Origin: an uncultured Gammaproteobacteria bacterium
GTDB lineage: Bacteria > Pseudomonadota > Gammaproteobacteria > UBA9214
Assembly (NCBI GenBank): GCA_963773065.1
Contig: CAVYZN010000002.1
Span: forward strand, 1 to 64,000
Length of the DNA stretch: 64,000 nt
Reading direction: 5' to 3'
The notes under the pieces were generated by a model. That model was not told where the DNA came from. It saw only the letters and a list, made by a program, of their open reading frames with translations, and made no database searches. This document shows positions 23,183 through 35,986 of the stretch, one piece after another (positions within the stretch are counted from its first letter, which is position 1; the number at the start of each line of letters is the position of its first letter). The translations under genes and the position numbers were made by a program.

Positions 23183-23397
23183 CACTGCTGTCCCGTTAAC
23201 TTTCAAAGGAAAGCGAGCAGATTTGTGTTGACCCAATCGTTGTCGAGCGAGTCCCCCCAAAGCAAGGTGTAGAGGTCGACGGTGTTATGATGTGCCAAAG
23301 CTTAAATCTCCTGCAATTACAGTGTTTGTTCGCACTTGCGTTGTAGCAGTTGGCTGTGATTTAAGCCTTTTTTGTTTTGGTTAACGGGACAGCAGTG
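23183..23397. mobile_element. 215-bp MITE-like element with perfect 18-bp terminal inverted repeats
   Basis: CACTGCTGTCCCGTTAAC (23183-23200) and GTTAACGGGACAGCAGTG (23380-23397); AT-rich non-coding interior. Confidence 0.8.
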
Positions 23398-23463
23398 AAA
23401 AATATCAGATAGTGCGAATTATCGGGAAGGACAGCTCCGACCCCGTCTCCACGGTTATCCTGG

Positions 23464-24171
23464 TCATCCTTTCGCTTGCTTTTTCTTTGCTCGATCGCGC
23501 GGAAGGCGATGCTTGCGGGCCGTTGTCTGCTCCCACAGGAGAAACCCGCCTCGAAACGCGTTCGCGTTATCGCCCGCCCGGCTGCCGGCTGGCAGCTCTT
23601 TGAGCTTTTTCACGTTACCGCCGCCGAGCACCACATCATCCGGTTCCAGGGCGGCCGTTAAGCGCTCCACCACGTCCGCGACATTGCGCCGCCATCTTCG
23701 CGCGCCATGCTTTTCGAGTTCGCGCGAACCCACGTAATGCTCATACGTTGCCTTCTTGTAGGGAAGGTGGCCCAGTTCCATCGGTTCCACGATGCCGTCG
23801 ACGATCATCGTGGAACCCAGCCCGGTCCCCAAGCCGAGGAACAGCAACTTTCCACCCTTATAGCTCCCCAGCGCCTGCATCGCCGCATCGTTGATCAGCT
23901 TGACCGGGCATCCAAACGCGGCCTGATAGTCGAATCCAACCCAACCGGCGCCCAAGTGATGCGGCTCGGCTACCGGCTTGCCATGGAGAACCGGTCCCGG
24001 GTAGCCGATCGATACGGCGTCGTACATCCAGTCGTCCGCGAGTTTCTTGACGCCGTCGACCATCTGCCGAGGCGTAAGCGTCGGCCCCGAGGCAAATTCG
24101 CGCGGCTGCTTCTGCCCCGTCGCGAGGATCTTCACGTGCGTGCCGCCTACGTCAACCACCAACACATTCAT
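23464..24171 (-). CDS. ROK-family sugar kinase (polyphosphate glucokinase-like)
   Basis: VVDVGGTHVK, SIGYPGPV, INDAAMQALG, GLGTGLGS, ELGHL, VVLGGGN. Confidence 0.85.
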   Translation of the reverse strand: MNVLVVDVGGTHVKILATGQKQPREFASGPTLTPRQMVDGVKKLADDWMYDAVSIGYPGPVLHGKPVAEPHHLGAGWVGFDYQAAFGCPVKLINDAAMQALGSYKGGKLLFLGLGTGLGSTMIVDGIVEPMELGHLPYKKATYEHYVGSRELEKHGARRWRRNVADVVERLTAALEPDDVVLGGGNVKKLKELPAGSRAGDNANAFRGGFLLWEQTTARKHRLPRDRAKKKQAKG

Positions 24172-24323
24172 GGCGTGGCCTTCGCTGCGTAACATTGCCC
24201 GATCACTTACGGTGCGAAGTTCGCTTGGTTCGGCGTATTTCCAAGCGATGCAGTCTCCAGACTACATGCTACCAGGTGGAAGCCTCTCGGCTTGGAGAAA
24301 CATGGTGTCTGGAGCGACAAATC

Positions 24324-26382
24324 TCACTTGCGGCCGAGTGCTTCACGGGCGGCCGCTACCACGCGATCCGGCTCAAATCCGAACTTCCGCTGGAGTTCTT
24401 TGAGCGGCGCCGAGGCCCCAAACGTCTTCATGCCGATGATGCGCCCCGACGGGCCGACGTAGCGATCCCATCCAAAGGTCGAGGCCTGCTCCACCGCGAC
24501 CCGCGCGTTCACCTTGGGAGGCAGCACGCTGTCCCGGTAGGCTTGCGATTGATGTTCGAAGATGTCCCAGGAAGGCATCGAGACCACCCGCGAGCGGATG
24601 CCCTCCGCGATCAACTGCTCGTGGGCCTCGACCGCCAGAATCAATTCGCTGCCCGTGGCGATGAGAATCACCTCGGGGTCTCCGCCGGGGGCGTCGCCGA
24701 GCACGTAGGCGCCGTGCGCGACTCCGGAGGCGGCGGCGTATTTCGTCCGGTCCAGTGTCGGCAAGGGCTTGGCGCGATAACGCCAGCACCGCCGGTTTGT
24801 GGCGCAATTGCACGATAAAGCGGTAGGCCTCGACGACCTCGTTGGCGTCACCGGGGCGTAGCGTGACCAGCCCGGGAATGGCGCGCATGGACGCGAGGTG
24901 CTCCACCGGCTGATGGGTCGGGCCGTCTTCGCCGTCCCCCATGGCATCGTGGGTGAAAATGAAGATGGTGGGCAACTCCATCAGCGCGGAGAGCCGGATC
25001 GCCGGGCGCGCATAATCGCTGAAGATGAAAAAGGTCGCGCCGAACGCGCGCAGCTTGGAAAGCGAAAGTCCATTGACAATCGCGCCCATCGCGTGCTCGC
25101 GGACACCGAAATGCAGATTCTTGCCGCCGGGACTTGCGGCCTGGAAATCACCGGTGCCCTCGCCGCTCAGGGTGGTTCGGTTCGACGGGGCGAGATCCGC
25201 CGAGCCACCGAGAAACCAGGGGATGTTCTGCGCGAGCACGTTAAGCACCTTGCCCGAGGCGTCGCGCCCCGCCATGCCCTTGGGGTCGGCGGGAAAGACC
25301 GGCAGATTGCGGTCCCATCCGGCCGGGAGCTCACGCCGCTGCATCTGTTCGATCTCGGTGGCGAGGTCGGGGTATTGGGCTCGATACGCGGTGAACAGCT
25401 CGGTCCATTGTTGCCGGGCTTTCGCGCCGCGCGCGCCAATGCCGGCGGCAAAGTGCTCATAGACGCCGTCGGGCACCAGGAACTTCGCGTCCTCGGGCCA
25501 ACCGTAGCTGCGCTTGCTCAGCCGGACCTCTTCGTCTCCGAGCGGCTCGCCGTGGGCCTCGGCCGTGTCTTGCTTGTGGGGGGAGCCGTAGCCGATGTGA
25601 CTGTCCAGAACGATAAAGGTGGGGCGTTCCCGGGTGTTGCGGAAGATGTCGAGGGCACGCTCGATGCGCTCGATGTCATTGGCATTACCGACGCGCAAGA
25701 CGTTCCATCCGTAGGCGAGGAAGCGCGCCTCGACGTCTTCGGTAAAGGTGATCCGCGTGCTCCCCTCGATGCTGATATGGTTGTTATCGTAGATCCAGCA
25801 GAGATTATCGAGCCCCAGGTGGCCGGCCAGCGACGCGGCCTCCGACCCGATGCCTTCCATCATACAGCCGTCGCCGCACACCGCGTAAATGCGGTAGTCG
25901 AAAACGTCGAAGCCGGGCCGGTTGTAACGCTCGGCAAGCCACTTTTCGGCAATCGCCATCCCGACGCTGGTCGCGACGCCCTGCCCCAGGGGACCGGTCG
26001 TCGTCTCGACCCCTGAGGTCCAGTGATACTCCGGGTGGCCCGCTGCCTTGCTGTCGAGCTGGCGGAAGTGACGAATATCGTCGAGCGAAACCGACGGATG
26101 GCCCAGTATCTCGTAGTCGGCATTCACCGCCTGGGTCCGGGTCAGATGGAGCGCGGACCAGAGCAGCATCGAGGCGTGACCGTTCGAGAGCACGAATCGA
26201 TCGCGGTTGGGCCAGATCGGATCCTGCGGGTCGAAGCGCATCACGCGGTTCCAGAGCGTGTAAACCAGCGGAGCGAGCGCCATGGGCGTCCCCGGATGCC
26301 CGGACTTCGCCTGCTGGACCGCATCCATCGACAGCGTGCGTATCGTATTGATAGCCAATTGAACAGTATCATCGTCTGCCAT
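24324..26382 (-). CDS. tkt: Transketolase, frameshift near 24775
   Basis: SGHPGTPM, RDRFVLSNGH, TTGPLGQG, GDGCMMEG, GVREHAM, GEDGPTHQPVE, FGASAP. Confidence 0.95.
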
Positions 26383-26431
26383 GAGTCTCTCCTTGGAATA
26401 GAGATCGGGGATGGACCATCATTCCATTCCA

Positions 26432-27807
26432 CTAGTCCACCCGTGGATTTTGCCAGCCCCCCGGCGGTGATACTTTCTGATCGACCTCATTTGGTCCCCA
26501 CGTCCCAGGCTCGTATTCGTAAACGGGAGTACCCGCCTTCAGTACCGGGTCTACGATGCGCCAGGCCTCTTCCACATAATCCTCGCGAGCAAACAATGTC
26601 GCATCACCCGCCATGGCGTCCCCGAGCACACGCTCGTAGGCGTCCATCTCCTCCGCGGTGGGATGGTGGCTCGCCAGTAGCTCCATCTGCTCGCCGATCA
26701 TCTTCTCCTCGGGATCCATCACCGTCACACCGAAACGCGCCGGTAACCTCGGGGCTGATCCGAAATCGGAAATAGTTCTGTGCGGGACGGCAGGTAGGAA
26801 AGACGGCAGGCGGCCGGCGCAAGCGGACCACGATCTCCGTGCAGGTGACCGGCAACGACTTCCCCGCCCGGATGTAGAACGGGACGCCTTGCCAGCGCCA
26901 GGAATCGACATCCAACTTTAGCGCGGCGAACGTTTCGACGTTCGAGTCCGGCGCGACCCCATGCTCGTTGCGGTAACCACGGAACTGCCCGCGGACAAGA
27001 TGCTTCGCCTCCAGCGCCGGCATGGCCTTCAGCACTTTGACCTTTTCGTCCCGGATCGTTTCACTGTCGGTTCTCACCGGCGGCTCCATGGCCAGGTTCA
27101 CCAATACCTGAAACAGATGATTCTGAACCACGTCGCGGATAGCGCCCGTTTGATCATAAAAAGCGCCTCGGCCCTGGACTCCGAAGTTTTCCGCCATGGT
27201 GATCTGCACGCTCTCGACCTGATTGCGGTTCCAGAACGACTCCAGAAGCGCGTTCTCGAAGCGTAAGAAAACCATGTTGTGCACCGGCCGCTTGCCGAGG
27301 TAATGATCGATGCGAAAGATCGACGCCTCGTCGAAGCTGCGGAGCAGGATCCGGTTGAGTTCCTGCGCGGAGGCGCGATCGTGACCGAACGGTTTTTCAA
27401 TGATGACGCGAGCGTCTTTTGCGCAGTCGGCTTTAGCCAGTTGCTCCACGACCAGCTCGAACAACACAGGCGGGATGGCGAGATAGTGCGCCGGCCGCTG
27501 CGCCGAGCCAAGCTCGTTACGAAGACTCTGAAACGTTGCGGGGTCTTTATAGTCGCCGCCAACGTAGCGCAGCAAACTGCACAGTTTGTCGAAAGCTCCG
27601 GGATTGATCCCGCCGTGTTTTTCGACGCTGTCACTGCGCGCGCTCGCGGAGCTGATCGAGATTCCAGCCATCCCTGGCCACGCCGATGACCGGCACGTTG
27701 AGGTGTCCGCGTTTTGCCATCGCCTGCAGTGCGGGAAAAATCTTCTTGTAAGCAAGATCCCCGGTAGCACCGAAAAAGACCAGGGCATCCGAATGGGAAA
27801 TGCTCAT
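26432..27807 (-). CDS. zwf: Glucose-6-phosphate 1-dehydrogenase (copy 2), frameshifted
   Basis: [52 protein letters not shown]. Confidence 0.92.
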
Positions 27808-27818
27808 AGACTTCCTCC

Positions 27819-28833
27819 TCATTTAGCGGATTTTTCCAGATGGCCGCCGAACTCATAGCGCATTGCCGAGAGCAGTTTGTCGGCGAAATCTGCCTCGCCA
27901 CGCGAGCTAAAACGCTCATAGAGCGCCGCGGTCAGTACGTGGACGGGCACGGCCTCGTCGATGGCGGCCTTGATCGTCCAGCGCCCCTCGCCCGAGTCCG
28001 AAACACGGCCCGCGAATTTCGAGAGCGCCGGATCCTGAATCAGGGCGGCCGCCGTCAGGTCCAGCAACCACGACGCGATCACGCTGCCTCGCCGCCACAC
28101 CTCCGCGATATCCGGTAGATTGAGGTCGTACTGATAGTGTTCCGGGTCGCGCAACGGCGTGGTCTCGGCGTCGACTCTCATGTGTTTGCTTGCCGACGTT
28201 GGCGGAGCGCAAGACGCCCAGCCCCTCCGCATAGGCGGCCATGATGCCGTACTCGATGCCGTTGTGAACCATCTTGACGAAGTGGCCGGCGCCGCTTGGG
28301 CCGCAGTGCAGATAACCCTGCTCGGCGGTGCCGGCCTGTTCACGTCCCGGCGTGCGCGCTATGTCGCCCAAACCTGGCGCCAGCGTGGCGAAGATGGGAT
28401 CGAGGTGCTTGATCACTGCCTCTTCACCGCCAATCATCATGCAATAGCCGCGCTCTAAGCCCCAGACTCCGCCGCTCGTCCCTACATCCACGTAGTGGAC
28501 TCCCTTCGGCGCGAGTTCTTTGGCGCGCCGGATGTCGTCCACGTAGTAGGAATTGCCCCCATCGATGAGAATGTCCTCGCGCTCAAGATTGGGAAGGAGA
28601 TCAGCGATGGTTTTGTCCACGACGGCCGCTGGAATCATCAACCACACCGCCCGCGGCTTCGTGAGCTTCTTCACGAGGTCGCCCAGCGAGGAGGAGCCAA
28701 CGGCCTTCTCCTGGGTCAACTCCTGCACTGTTTTCGGCGACCTGGCGAAAACCACGCACTCATGGCCTCCCGCGAGCAGCCGCCGCGCCATGTTCGCCCC
28801 CATTCTTCCAAGACCAATTATGCCGATTTGCAT
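27819..28833 (-). CDS. gnd: Decarboxylating 6-phosphogluconate dehydrogenase (short YqeC type), frameshift near 28180
   Basis: [51 protein letters not shown]. Confidence 0.92.
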
Positions 28834-28895
28834 GATTCACTCCTCCCTCAAGAACTGGCTGTTAGACTCTTCGCTGGTCCACGTCTTGGGCCCGC

Positions 28896-29794
28896 TTAGG
28901 TGTTGGACGCCTCAAAGATACTCTGAATGGAACCATCCAGTACGGCGTTGAACTCGGCATCGGACTGCTGGGCCGACAGCCCTTCTACCAGCGCCCGCGA
29001 AAAGCTCGCCACGATGCCGTGATTCCTGCGCAGCCGCTCGTTGGCTTCTTCCCGCGTATAACCGCCCGACAGCGCAACCACCCTCAAGACATTGGGATGT
29101 CCGATGCAATCGGCGTAGAAGTCGTCTTGCTCCGGCAGCGTGATTTTAAGCATGACAAACTGATCCGCTGGCAGTTCGTCGAGCTCCTCGAGGATGGCCG
29201 CCTTGAGCAACGCTTCGGCCTCGGCCTTTTCCGGGCAGTGAATATCGACTTCCGGCTCGATGATCGGCACGAGGCCAGCGGCGATGATCTGCCCGGCTAC
29301 GTCGAACTGCTGGCTCACGATGTCCTCGATGCCCGCGGCGTTGGCTTGCCTGATGACCGAGCGCATCTTGGTTCCGAAGATGCCCTTCGCCTTGGCCTTG
29401 TCGAGCAGCGCAGCAAGCGCGGGCATGGGCTTCATCAACTGGACCCCGTCCTGCTCCGCTGCAAGGCCCTTGTCCACTTTCAGAAAAGGCACAACACGTT
29501 TCACGTTCCAAAGATAGTCCGCGGTAGGCCGCCCCTCGATGTCCCGGTCCATGGTGTTCTCGAACAGGATGGCGGCAAGAATCCGCTCGCCGCTGAAGCT
29601 GGGGCTGGTGATGATGCGCGTGCGCATCTGATGCACGATCGCAAACATCTCCTCCTCGTTGGACCACGCACCTTCTTTGATTCCGTAAAGACGCAGCGCC
29701 TTGGGCGTGCTGCCACCGCTTTGATCCAGCGCCGCAATGAAACCGGGCTGTGTCTTGATTTTCTGCAGTTGCTGTTCGTTAAAGCCGAGAGATT

Positions 29795-29798
<4 letters not shown>
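28896..29798 (-). CDS. fda: Class I fructose-bisphosphate aldolase
   Basis: [55 protein letters not shown]. Confidence 0.92.
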
Positions 29799-31438
<1,640 letters not shown>

Positions 31439-31482
31439 ATCTTGACTCCTCAGGATCTTTCGTAGTGATTTCGAGTTTCTAC

Positions 31483-32568
31483 CTAACTGACCTTCGCAAG
31501 GGTGGCGCTCTTGGAATCGATGACGCCCATCAGCTCGTTCCAGGAATCGACGAAGGATTTGGCCCCTTCTTCCTGAAGCCTTGAGGCCAAGTCATAGACG
31601 TCGATGGCGGCCGCGGCGAACTGGTCCAATACCATTTCGCAGTCGCCGCCATCGGCTGACATGATTTCGCTGAGATCACCGTGATCGGCGAGCGCTTTCA
31701 AAGTTCCCTCGGGCATCGTGTTCACCGTGAAAGGCGCCGCCAACGCCTTGATATAGAGGACGTCGGACGCCTTGGGATCCTTGGTTCCGGTGCTCGCCCA
31801 CAGCAGGCGCTGCGGACGCGCGCCGGCATTATAGATCCGTTGCCACCGAGGTGAGCCGAGCAGCTCGCGGTACGCCTTATAAGTGCGCTTTGCGATAGCG
31901 ATGCCGAGCGTGTTGTTCAGCGCGGCAGGCACCTTGCCGGCGACTGCGGCGTCCCAACGGCTGACGAAAAGCGAAGCCACGGAACCGACATCGGGCGTGA
32001 GTCCGGCTTCGATGCGTCGCTCGATGCCACGCAAAAACGCCTCGGCCGCTGCGACGTATTGCTCGCGCGAAAACAATAGCGTGACGTTGACAGGCACACC
32101 GGCGAAAATCGCCTCTTCGATCGCAGGCAGACCTTCTTCAGTACCGGGAATCTTGATTAGCAGGTTCGGACGCCCCGCCCGGGCGTGCAGACCCTTGGCC
32201 GCAGCGAGAGTGCTGGCGGTGTCATAGGCCAACAGCGGCGAAACTTCGAGCGATACCCACCCGTCCACGCGGTTGGTGCGGTCGTAGATGGGTCGGAACA
32301 GATCGGCGGCCTGGGTGAGATCCTCAAGCGCCAGATCGAAGAACAGCGCCTCGCCTGATTTACCCTCGTTGAGCTTTTTGTGGATCGCGGCATCGTAAGC
32401 ACTGCTGTTTTTAATCGCGTGATCGAAGATCGTCGGATTCGACGTGAGCCCCGTCACTGACAGCTCAACGATATAGCGTTTCAGTGTGCCGCTGTTGAGC
32501 AGGTCGCGCGTAATATTGTCGAGCCAGAGACTCTGGCCCAGGTTGTGGAGCAGTTGGGTTGCTTTCAT
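31483..32568 (-). CDS. tal: Transaldolase (long type)
   Basis: [48 protein letters not shown]. Confidence 0.95.
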   Translation of the reverse strand: MKATQLLHNLGQSLWLDNITRDLLNSGTLKRYIVELSVTGLTSNPTIFDHAIKNSSAYDAAIHKKLNEGKSGEALFFDLALEDLTQAADLFRPIYDRTNRVDGWVSLEVSPLLAYDTASTLAAAKGLHARAGRPNLLIKIPGTEEGLPAIEEAIFAGVPVNVTLLFSREQYVAAAEAFLRGIERRIEAGLTPDVGSVASLFVSRWDAAVAGKVPAALNNTLGIAIAKRTYKAYRELLGSPRWQRIYNAGARPQRLLWASTGTKDPKASDVLYIKALAAPFTVNTMPEGTLKALADHGDLSEIMSADGGDCEMVLDQFAAAAIDVYDLASRLQEEGAKSFVDSWNELMGVIDSKSATLAKVS

Positions 32569-32744
32569 TTTGTTACCTCCCGAGAAATTTGAACCGATTG
32601 TTGGCCGGCGAGTAGAGCGGCGAGGTAAGCGTCGATGTTGCCCACCTCCTCGGGACTGAGCGGGGTGCCTTTGACCGTCGAGCGGGCCGGGCCGTACGCA
32701 GTGATTGACTCAGTCGCACTCATTTCATTCGTCGGAGTTGCCAT
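32565..32744 (-). pseudogene. N-terminal stub of a phosphoketolase gene (remainder deleted)
   Basis: Strong RBS then MATPTNEMSATESITAYGPARSTVKGTPLSPEEVGNIDAY, resembling phosphoketolase N-termini up to DAYWRA; only 59 aa before tal. Confidence 0.6.
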
Positions 32745-32781
32745 AGTCTCACCTTCCTTTCTTGGTTGCCGTCCGTTGGAG

Positions 32782-33378
32782 TTAGGCGCCAACATGGCGG
32801 GTGTCGTCCCACAGCCGGATGACTGGCTGAGACAGGTTGTGTTCGTAGCCCACCGCACTCAAGCTCGCGGTGCTCAACATGAAGCATCGCCCGATCGCGA
32901 CCTCGAGGCCGAGCCAACGCGCGGCGAACACGCGTAGAAAATGCCCACTGGAGAAAATCAGCACGTTGCCGTCGACCGCGCGCACGCGCGTCACGACGCG
33001 ATCCGCGCGCGCGCCGACGTCCTTCGGCGATTCCCCTCCCGGGCAACCATCGTGAAACAGTTGCCAGTCAGGACGTTGCTTGTGGATGTCAGCGGTACGC
33101 CAACCCTCATAATCGCCATAGTCCCATTCGAGCAGGTCTCGGTCGATTTCGGCCCGGTCGGCAAAGCCCGCCAGCGCGCAGGTCCGGGTGGCACGCTGCA
33201 AGGGACTGGTAAACACGCGGGCGAAATTCACACCCTGCAACCGCTCCCCTAGAGCGCGCGCATTGCGTTCACCGCGTTCGGTGAGCGGCAAATCGGTGCG
33301 TCCCGTGTGCTGGCCCGAGAGGGACCATGCGGTTTCTCCATGTCTGGCCAGGTATGCGAGCGGAAGCACTTCGTTCAT
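32782..33378 (-). CDS. Histidine phosphatase (phosphoglycerate mutase superfamily)
   Basis: LARHGETAWS...HTGRTDLPLT, SPLQRA, EWDYGDYEG, GGES. Confidence 0.9.
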   Translation of the reverse strand: MNEVLPLAYLARHGETAWSLSGQHTGRTDLPLTERGERNARALGERLQGVNFARVFTSPLQRATRTCALAGFADRAEIDRDLLEWDYGDYEGWRTADIHKQRPDWQLFHDGCPGGESPKDVGARADRVVTRVRAVDGNVLIFSSGHFLRVFAARWLGLEVAIGRCFMLSTASLSAVGYEHNLSQPVIRLWDDTRHVGA

Positions 33379-33453
33379 CGGTTCTCTCCCAGGTCCTCTC
33401 ACGGCGTACCGCGACGTCATGCGCGTTCCCCTGCCGGTCCGAGCTCTCCCCCA

Positions 33454-34017
33454 TCAAGGCGGCCCGATTCGCCGAGTCCACTCCACGAGACTCTGTAGCA
33501 GCTCTCGGATGAAATCCTTCGTCGCCTCACCGATCAGACTTCCTTCTTGATCAAAGCGCTCAGCCGCGTTGCCGATCATCACTTCGGGTTGGTTGATGGG
33601 GAACATATTGAGGTACACGAGAATCTGCCGCAGGTGGTACTGCGCCCGCGCGGTGCCGAGGGCCCCGACTGACGCACCCATGATCGCCGCTGGTTTCCCG
33701 TTCCACGCGCTGTCGCCGTAGGGGCGCGACGCCCAGTCAATCGTATTCTTCAGCACGCCGGGTACGGAATAGTTGTATTCCGGTGTCACGAACAGAATGG
33801 CGTCCGCCTCGTGTATCCGCCGCTTCAACTCCGCGACTTTGGGGGGTGGTTTCTGCTCCTCGTCCTGGTTAAAGACCGGGATGCCATCAAGCTCGAAAGT
33901 TTCGAGCATCGCGCCTTTGGGCACGAGCTTGGTGGCGGCGCGCAGGGCGGCGCGGTTGTACGATTCGCGCCGCAGGCTGCCCGCGATGCCGAGAATACGA
34001 ACGGGCTTGCTTACCAT
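33454..34017 (-). CDS. NADPH-dependent FMN reductase (ChrR-like)
   Basis: GSLRRESYN, TPEYNYSVPGVLKN.IDWASRP, GTARAQYHLRQ. Confidence 0.92.
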   Translation of the reverse strand: MVSKPVRILGIAGSLRRESYNRAALRAATKLVPKGAMLETFELDGIPVFNQDEEQKPPPKVAELKRRIHEADAILFVTPEYNYSVPGVLKNTIDWASRPYGDSAWNGKPAAIMGASVGALGTARAQYHLRQILVYLNMFPINQPEVMIGNAAERFDQEGSLIGEATKDFIRELLQSLVEWTRRIGPP

Positions 34018-34193
34018 ATGCTCTCCTGATGGTTAAGTCGGTTGGCCTTTATCACGTGGCCGATTGCTCGGCCACACCCTACCCACCAATTCCGGCTCCG
34101 ACACTTGCATCATGTGGTGTATTACTCATGCGTTCGGCACCGGCAGTGGCCTCGATTGTTTTATATATTTTCCTTGCATCGCTGTATCCTCTT

Positions 34194-34517
34194 TCATGGC
34201 TGTGTCCTATGCGTGAGCCGCGCCTCAGCCTGGTCCAGCGCGATGCGCGCATCGGTGCTATCCAGCAGACACCAACGGTTGGTCGTGCCGTTCACTCGCG
34301 TCGTGAGGGGCACTGCGTTGCGGATCACCTGTGGGAGGTGGGTGCCCTCCTTGAGCCGGCCGATGAAGGCCCAATTCGCACCATACGCGGCACCGCGGAG
34401 CAGAGAAAGCAGCATGAATCCGCCCCGCAGCCACTTTCGCTTGCTGCGCGGCGCGGGAGCGGTTGGAAATGGGGGTACAGCCTGCACGGTCGCCGCCGTC
34501 GGGTTTTTGTCATCCAT
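34194..34517 (-). pseudogene. Decayed EmrA-like membrane fusion protein fragment
   Basis: KRKWL...AAYGANWAFIGRLKEGT...LLDSTDARIALDQAEARL follows the EmrA N-terminal layout with deletions. Confidence 0.55.
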
Positions 34518-34989
34518 AACTCTCACACCCTCTAGGTGGCGAAGATACAAAAAGTATAGGTGAGCGCAGGGCGCATAACCGATGAATTTCATGTGGATTA
34601 ACCAGAAGAGCGGGTGTCGACCGCACGGCTGGATCCGCGCGGGCGTCCCGGTTAGCACTCGCCCTCAACCGCTCGCACGTTGGTTAGATCAATAATTCCC
34701 GTGGTTGTCCCGCCGATAGTCCATGGCGTCCCCCTGCACGGCGGCTTCCTGAGTTCATGCTCAGCGATCTTCTTCAGCCGGTGACCGGATCCCACTGTGA
34801 ATAGTCGACCAATCCACCTTGACTTTAGGAAATCAGGCGTCTAGATGTTTACACACACTTTGTGCTGGGGGCACTGCCGCTAGCCTGACTTTCGCCACTG
34901 GGCATGTCGAGCGCATTACGACGACATAAAGGCTTTCTCGGAGTCGCACATCACCAAGGAACGGAAGATCATCGACTTAGGGAAAGAAT

Positions 34990-35205
34990 ATGAGCCATCA
35001 CGACACCACCTGCAACCGCATGCGCAAGGACGATCTCGATGTCCGTCGCAGGCGGCTCCTGTTTCGCTGTTGGCACCGCGGCACACAGGAGATCGACATT
35101 ATTCTCGGCTCGTTCGCCACGAGCTCTCTCAGCGGCTTTGAAAGCGCCCAACTGGAGCGTTTCGAAGCCTTGCTCGACTGCGCCGACATCGATTTGTTCA
35201 TTGCG
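34990..35205 (+). pseudogene. sdhE: SdhE/Sdh5 succinate dehydrogenase assembly factor, C-terminus replaced by island-end sequence
   Basis: RRRRLLFRCWHRGTQEIDIILG.FA...QLERFEALLDCADIDLF; frame continues to 35307 in unrelated AT-rich DNA. Confidence 0.75.
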
Positions 35206-35345
35206 GTGGCAAAATTCTTGTCACACTTTTGTCACAGCGCGAACAGAATTCAGCGTGATTCGGCCTTATTGGGAACGAGACTATGTGACTATTATTTCTT
35301 GTGTTAATCTATAAGCCCTTGAAACAGAACGGGCGTGACAACGCA

Positions 35346-35390
35346 TTCACACGGCAGGGGTCACTGGTTCAATCCCAGTATCGCCCACCA
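35346..35390 (+). other. 3' half of tRNA-Val(CAC): integration-site duplication (att) marking the right end of an island
   Basis: TTCACAC loop, GGCAG, GGGTC, T-arm ACTGG-TTCAATC-CCAGT, ATCGCCC-ACCA; D-arm and 5' anticodon-stem strand absent. Confidence 0.85.
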
Positions 35391-35986
35391 AACATTTCAA
35401 TATGTCAAACCTCTTGAGTCTCGCGGCAGAGCCGGGGACCTCTATGAGTTACGTTGCGCGTGCCGAGGTGGGAGATAATTTTTCCTCCGTCGGCTTGACC
35501 TGCAAGAATTGTGTAGTATCTTGATATTTGGAAACCTCTTTCTGGACGTGAACCACATCTGAAATTCGCCCCTCATCAAACCGGGCAATTTGTTAACAGA
35601 TGTCGTACTCCAGACAGAGGTTTTCTTTTTCCTATCAAACTCTTCCATCACCATGCTCTGGGATGCCTGATAAATGGCCACACCATTGACTACGTGAGCT
35701 ATCCACGTTAATTGTTATCGTGATCAGAACCTCCAGCATCCTGCTGGCAAGCCGGGGGTTCGAGTAAAAACCCGGGTCCTGGTTCCCGCTTACACTGTTG
35801 GCGTGGGGCGTCGAATTTGTTGTTGGACGAAAAATACACCAAATCAACCCAGCCACCTTTAAAATACTGTTAACGGTTGACAGCCAGAAAAGCCGTGCCC
35901 AATATCGACGACCTTGAGACGCATTCCATCATCAAACGAGTGAGAAGATGCCCCTTCTTGCACATGCTCACATCAAGGAAAATGTG

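Noticed and set aside
34652-34678. CIRCE element (TTAGCACTC)
   Set aside because: The right half GAGTGCTAA is absent at the 9-nt spacing, and no groESL or hrcA is nearby.
35331-35390. Intact or D-armless tRNA-Val (GGGCG at 35331 could pair with CGCCC)
   Set aside because: Only 60 nt, no D-arm, and ACGCA does not pair with GGCAG in the anticodon stem; better explained as an att duplication.
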